DNA of 64,000 nucleotides from Lepidodermella squamata (Eukaryota; Animalia; Gastrotricha): positions 1,054,001-1,118,000 of the forward strand of contig JBLDXI010000011.1 of NCBI GenBank assembly GCA_047495785.1, written 5' to 3'. A program made the position numbers and the translations under genes. A model generated the notes under the pieces. That model saw nothing but the letters and a program-made list of their open reading frames with translations. It did not search any database and was not told the DNA's origin. Shown here one piece after another: positions 62,288 through 64,000 of the stretch; position 1 is the first letter of the stretch; each line of letters opens with the position of its first letter.

Positions 62288-63259
62288 CCAGTCGGAAATC
62301 AGTAGACCGAGAAATAGCGGAATGATCGAATTAGGATCGAATAAAGACCTATCAACTATGATCGTGGAAATTAGGTCACAGCTAGACCGAGGCGACCATT
62401 CAAACAGCCCGAATCGTGTAAATTGCGTCTATACCCATAGATCGAGACTCCTCAATCGCCAATAGGTCAGATTTTTTTCAGATTCGGACAAGCCATCGCC
62501 ATTATTCAGCACATGTAATTATTCCACGCAGGCCTAGCCACTTGGAGCAGGCCAGGGTCGTTTTAACAGGATCTAACCAGATCGATCTAGCCAAGGTCGA
62601 CCCACAAGCAGCGATGCTCTGATTTGACCAATAACCGAGCCACGTTCTAGCTCATCAATTTCACACACATGGATCTAAGGCGATAGATCTAGAGATGACC
62701 TACGGCAATATTCAGGTCATAAATTGTCTTGCTCGATTCAAAATTGGTTTGAGTCCAGCACGTGTCGTTATGACGCAGCATTGTTACAGCATCGGATTTC
62801 TGAACTACTTTGAGAATGAAATAAATCTCTCATTTCGCAATTCTTCAACCTAATGTTCAACCGAACTTGTTATTTTTCATCATAATTTTGGTTTGGTTTT
62901 GTTGAGGCTGACTTGCTTTTTTCACTGCTATGCTAAGGGCTAAGGCTATGCTGCTACCTCATCACTCTTAGTTGATAGTATTAGTAAACTTATTATGAAA
63001 CCACATAACCGCTAAACCACATGTAGTTTCTAGTTTTCGAACCCCAATTTAACCGACTGGGCTAAATAAACTTCAGTCACACATTTCATATTTTTAGAAT
63101 GTTATCAATTTCTATGCCGATGTCACGGGCGAGATATGGATAATCGTAATTATCGCGGACTTCCTGCGCGGAAGCGTGGAAATTCGGCCGTAGTACAGGC
63201 TTGAAATGACCGTCTATTTTTTCATGAATTTTGTTAATAATTATTTTTACTTATGCAAA

Positions 63260-63572
63260 TTTCGCGAAATTAAAAAAATCTTATTCGCTCAAGTTTTATA
63301 TCTATGATCTTATTTGATTTTTGCTCTGTCCAAAGATATAAAACTTGAGCGAATCCGAATTTTTTTTGAATTTCGCGAAATTTGCATTCGCTTGATAATA
63401 CTTTGAGCGAGCTAAAAATAGCTACAAAAAACCTAATAGCTATTTTTAGATTTAGCAGTATCACGCAAAATCCCAATATTACAAGTCAGAAAATTTCGCG
63501 AAATTCGAAAAAAATTCTGATTCGCTCAAGTTTTATATCTTTGGACAGAGCAAAAATCGAATAAGATCATAG
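63260..63572. repeat. Nested inverted repeats / small MITE
   Basis: 63303-63381 is the reverse complement of ~63493-63571, and 63260-63302 is also inverted relative to 63335-63381. Confidence 0.7.
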
Positions 63573-64000
63573 TATTTTTCTCGGAATTTTTCGGCTTAAA
63601 ATGAAAAATTTTACCGTCCTGAAAGACTCTTGAAATGGCGATTTTTCGTAAGCCTGAATCTTCAGCAATTTTCGCCAAATACTAATCGTTTGTCGAATTC
63701 AACCACCGTGAAATCTTGTTGGTAAGAAAAATGCATTTAAACAATATTTTGTTTTATGGTATCAGCAATAATAAAAAATTGAAGTTATTGAATTTTGTTT
63801 CTTGATGCAAACGATGGTTCAAAACTTTGGGCGAATTTCAACGCGAATCTCGATCGAAGTGAAAATGGCAAGTCAATTTTGCAGCTAATTTTTATTTATT
63901 TTTTTAGAAAAATGTTTAGGTTCACCGTGCCAAGATAACGTGCTCAATTTCCTTGTCGCCGAGTCAATTCGAGCTCCCATTTCAGGTAAGACCCAGTGAT

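Overview
Eukaryotic (invertebrate-type) genomic DNA with short GT-AG introns, mostly 50-110 nt. It is dominated by transposable elements and one amplified host gene. (1) A 4-exon minus-strand gene encodes a 244-aa secreted Cys/Thr/Ser-rich protein of no family I recognise. It occurs once as a diverged solo copy (627-1580) and again in a near-identical ~3.38-kb tandem array (19187-43486) holding 4 intact copies, 2 copies sharing a 7-bp frameshift, and 2 truncated edge copies. Each full unit also carries a CR1-type LINE 3' fragment and a MITE. (2) A 7.9-kb DNA transposon with long TIRs (10619-18481) encodes a spliced C2H2/Sola1-like DDE transposase preceded by an unexpected PB1 + Myb/SANT-like module. 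It sits inside a short LTR and is itself interrupted by a hAT-type MITE. (3) A Penelope-like retroelement (RT + GIY-YIG, inverted 5' segment, minimal hammerhead ribozyme) lies in the last array unit, and a second, orphan hammerhead lies at 50.9 kb. (4) The rest is remnants of MULE, hAT, two Ty1/copia elements, LINEs, MITEs and a short interstitial TTAGGG tract. All calls come from manual reading of the sequence; no database searches were run.
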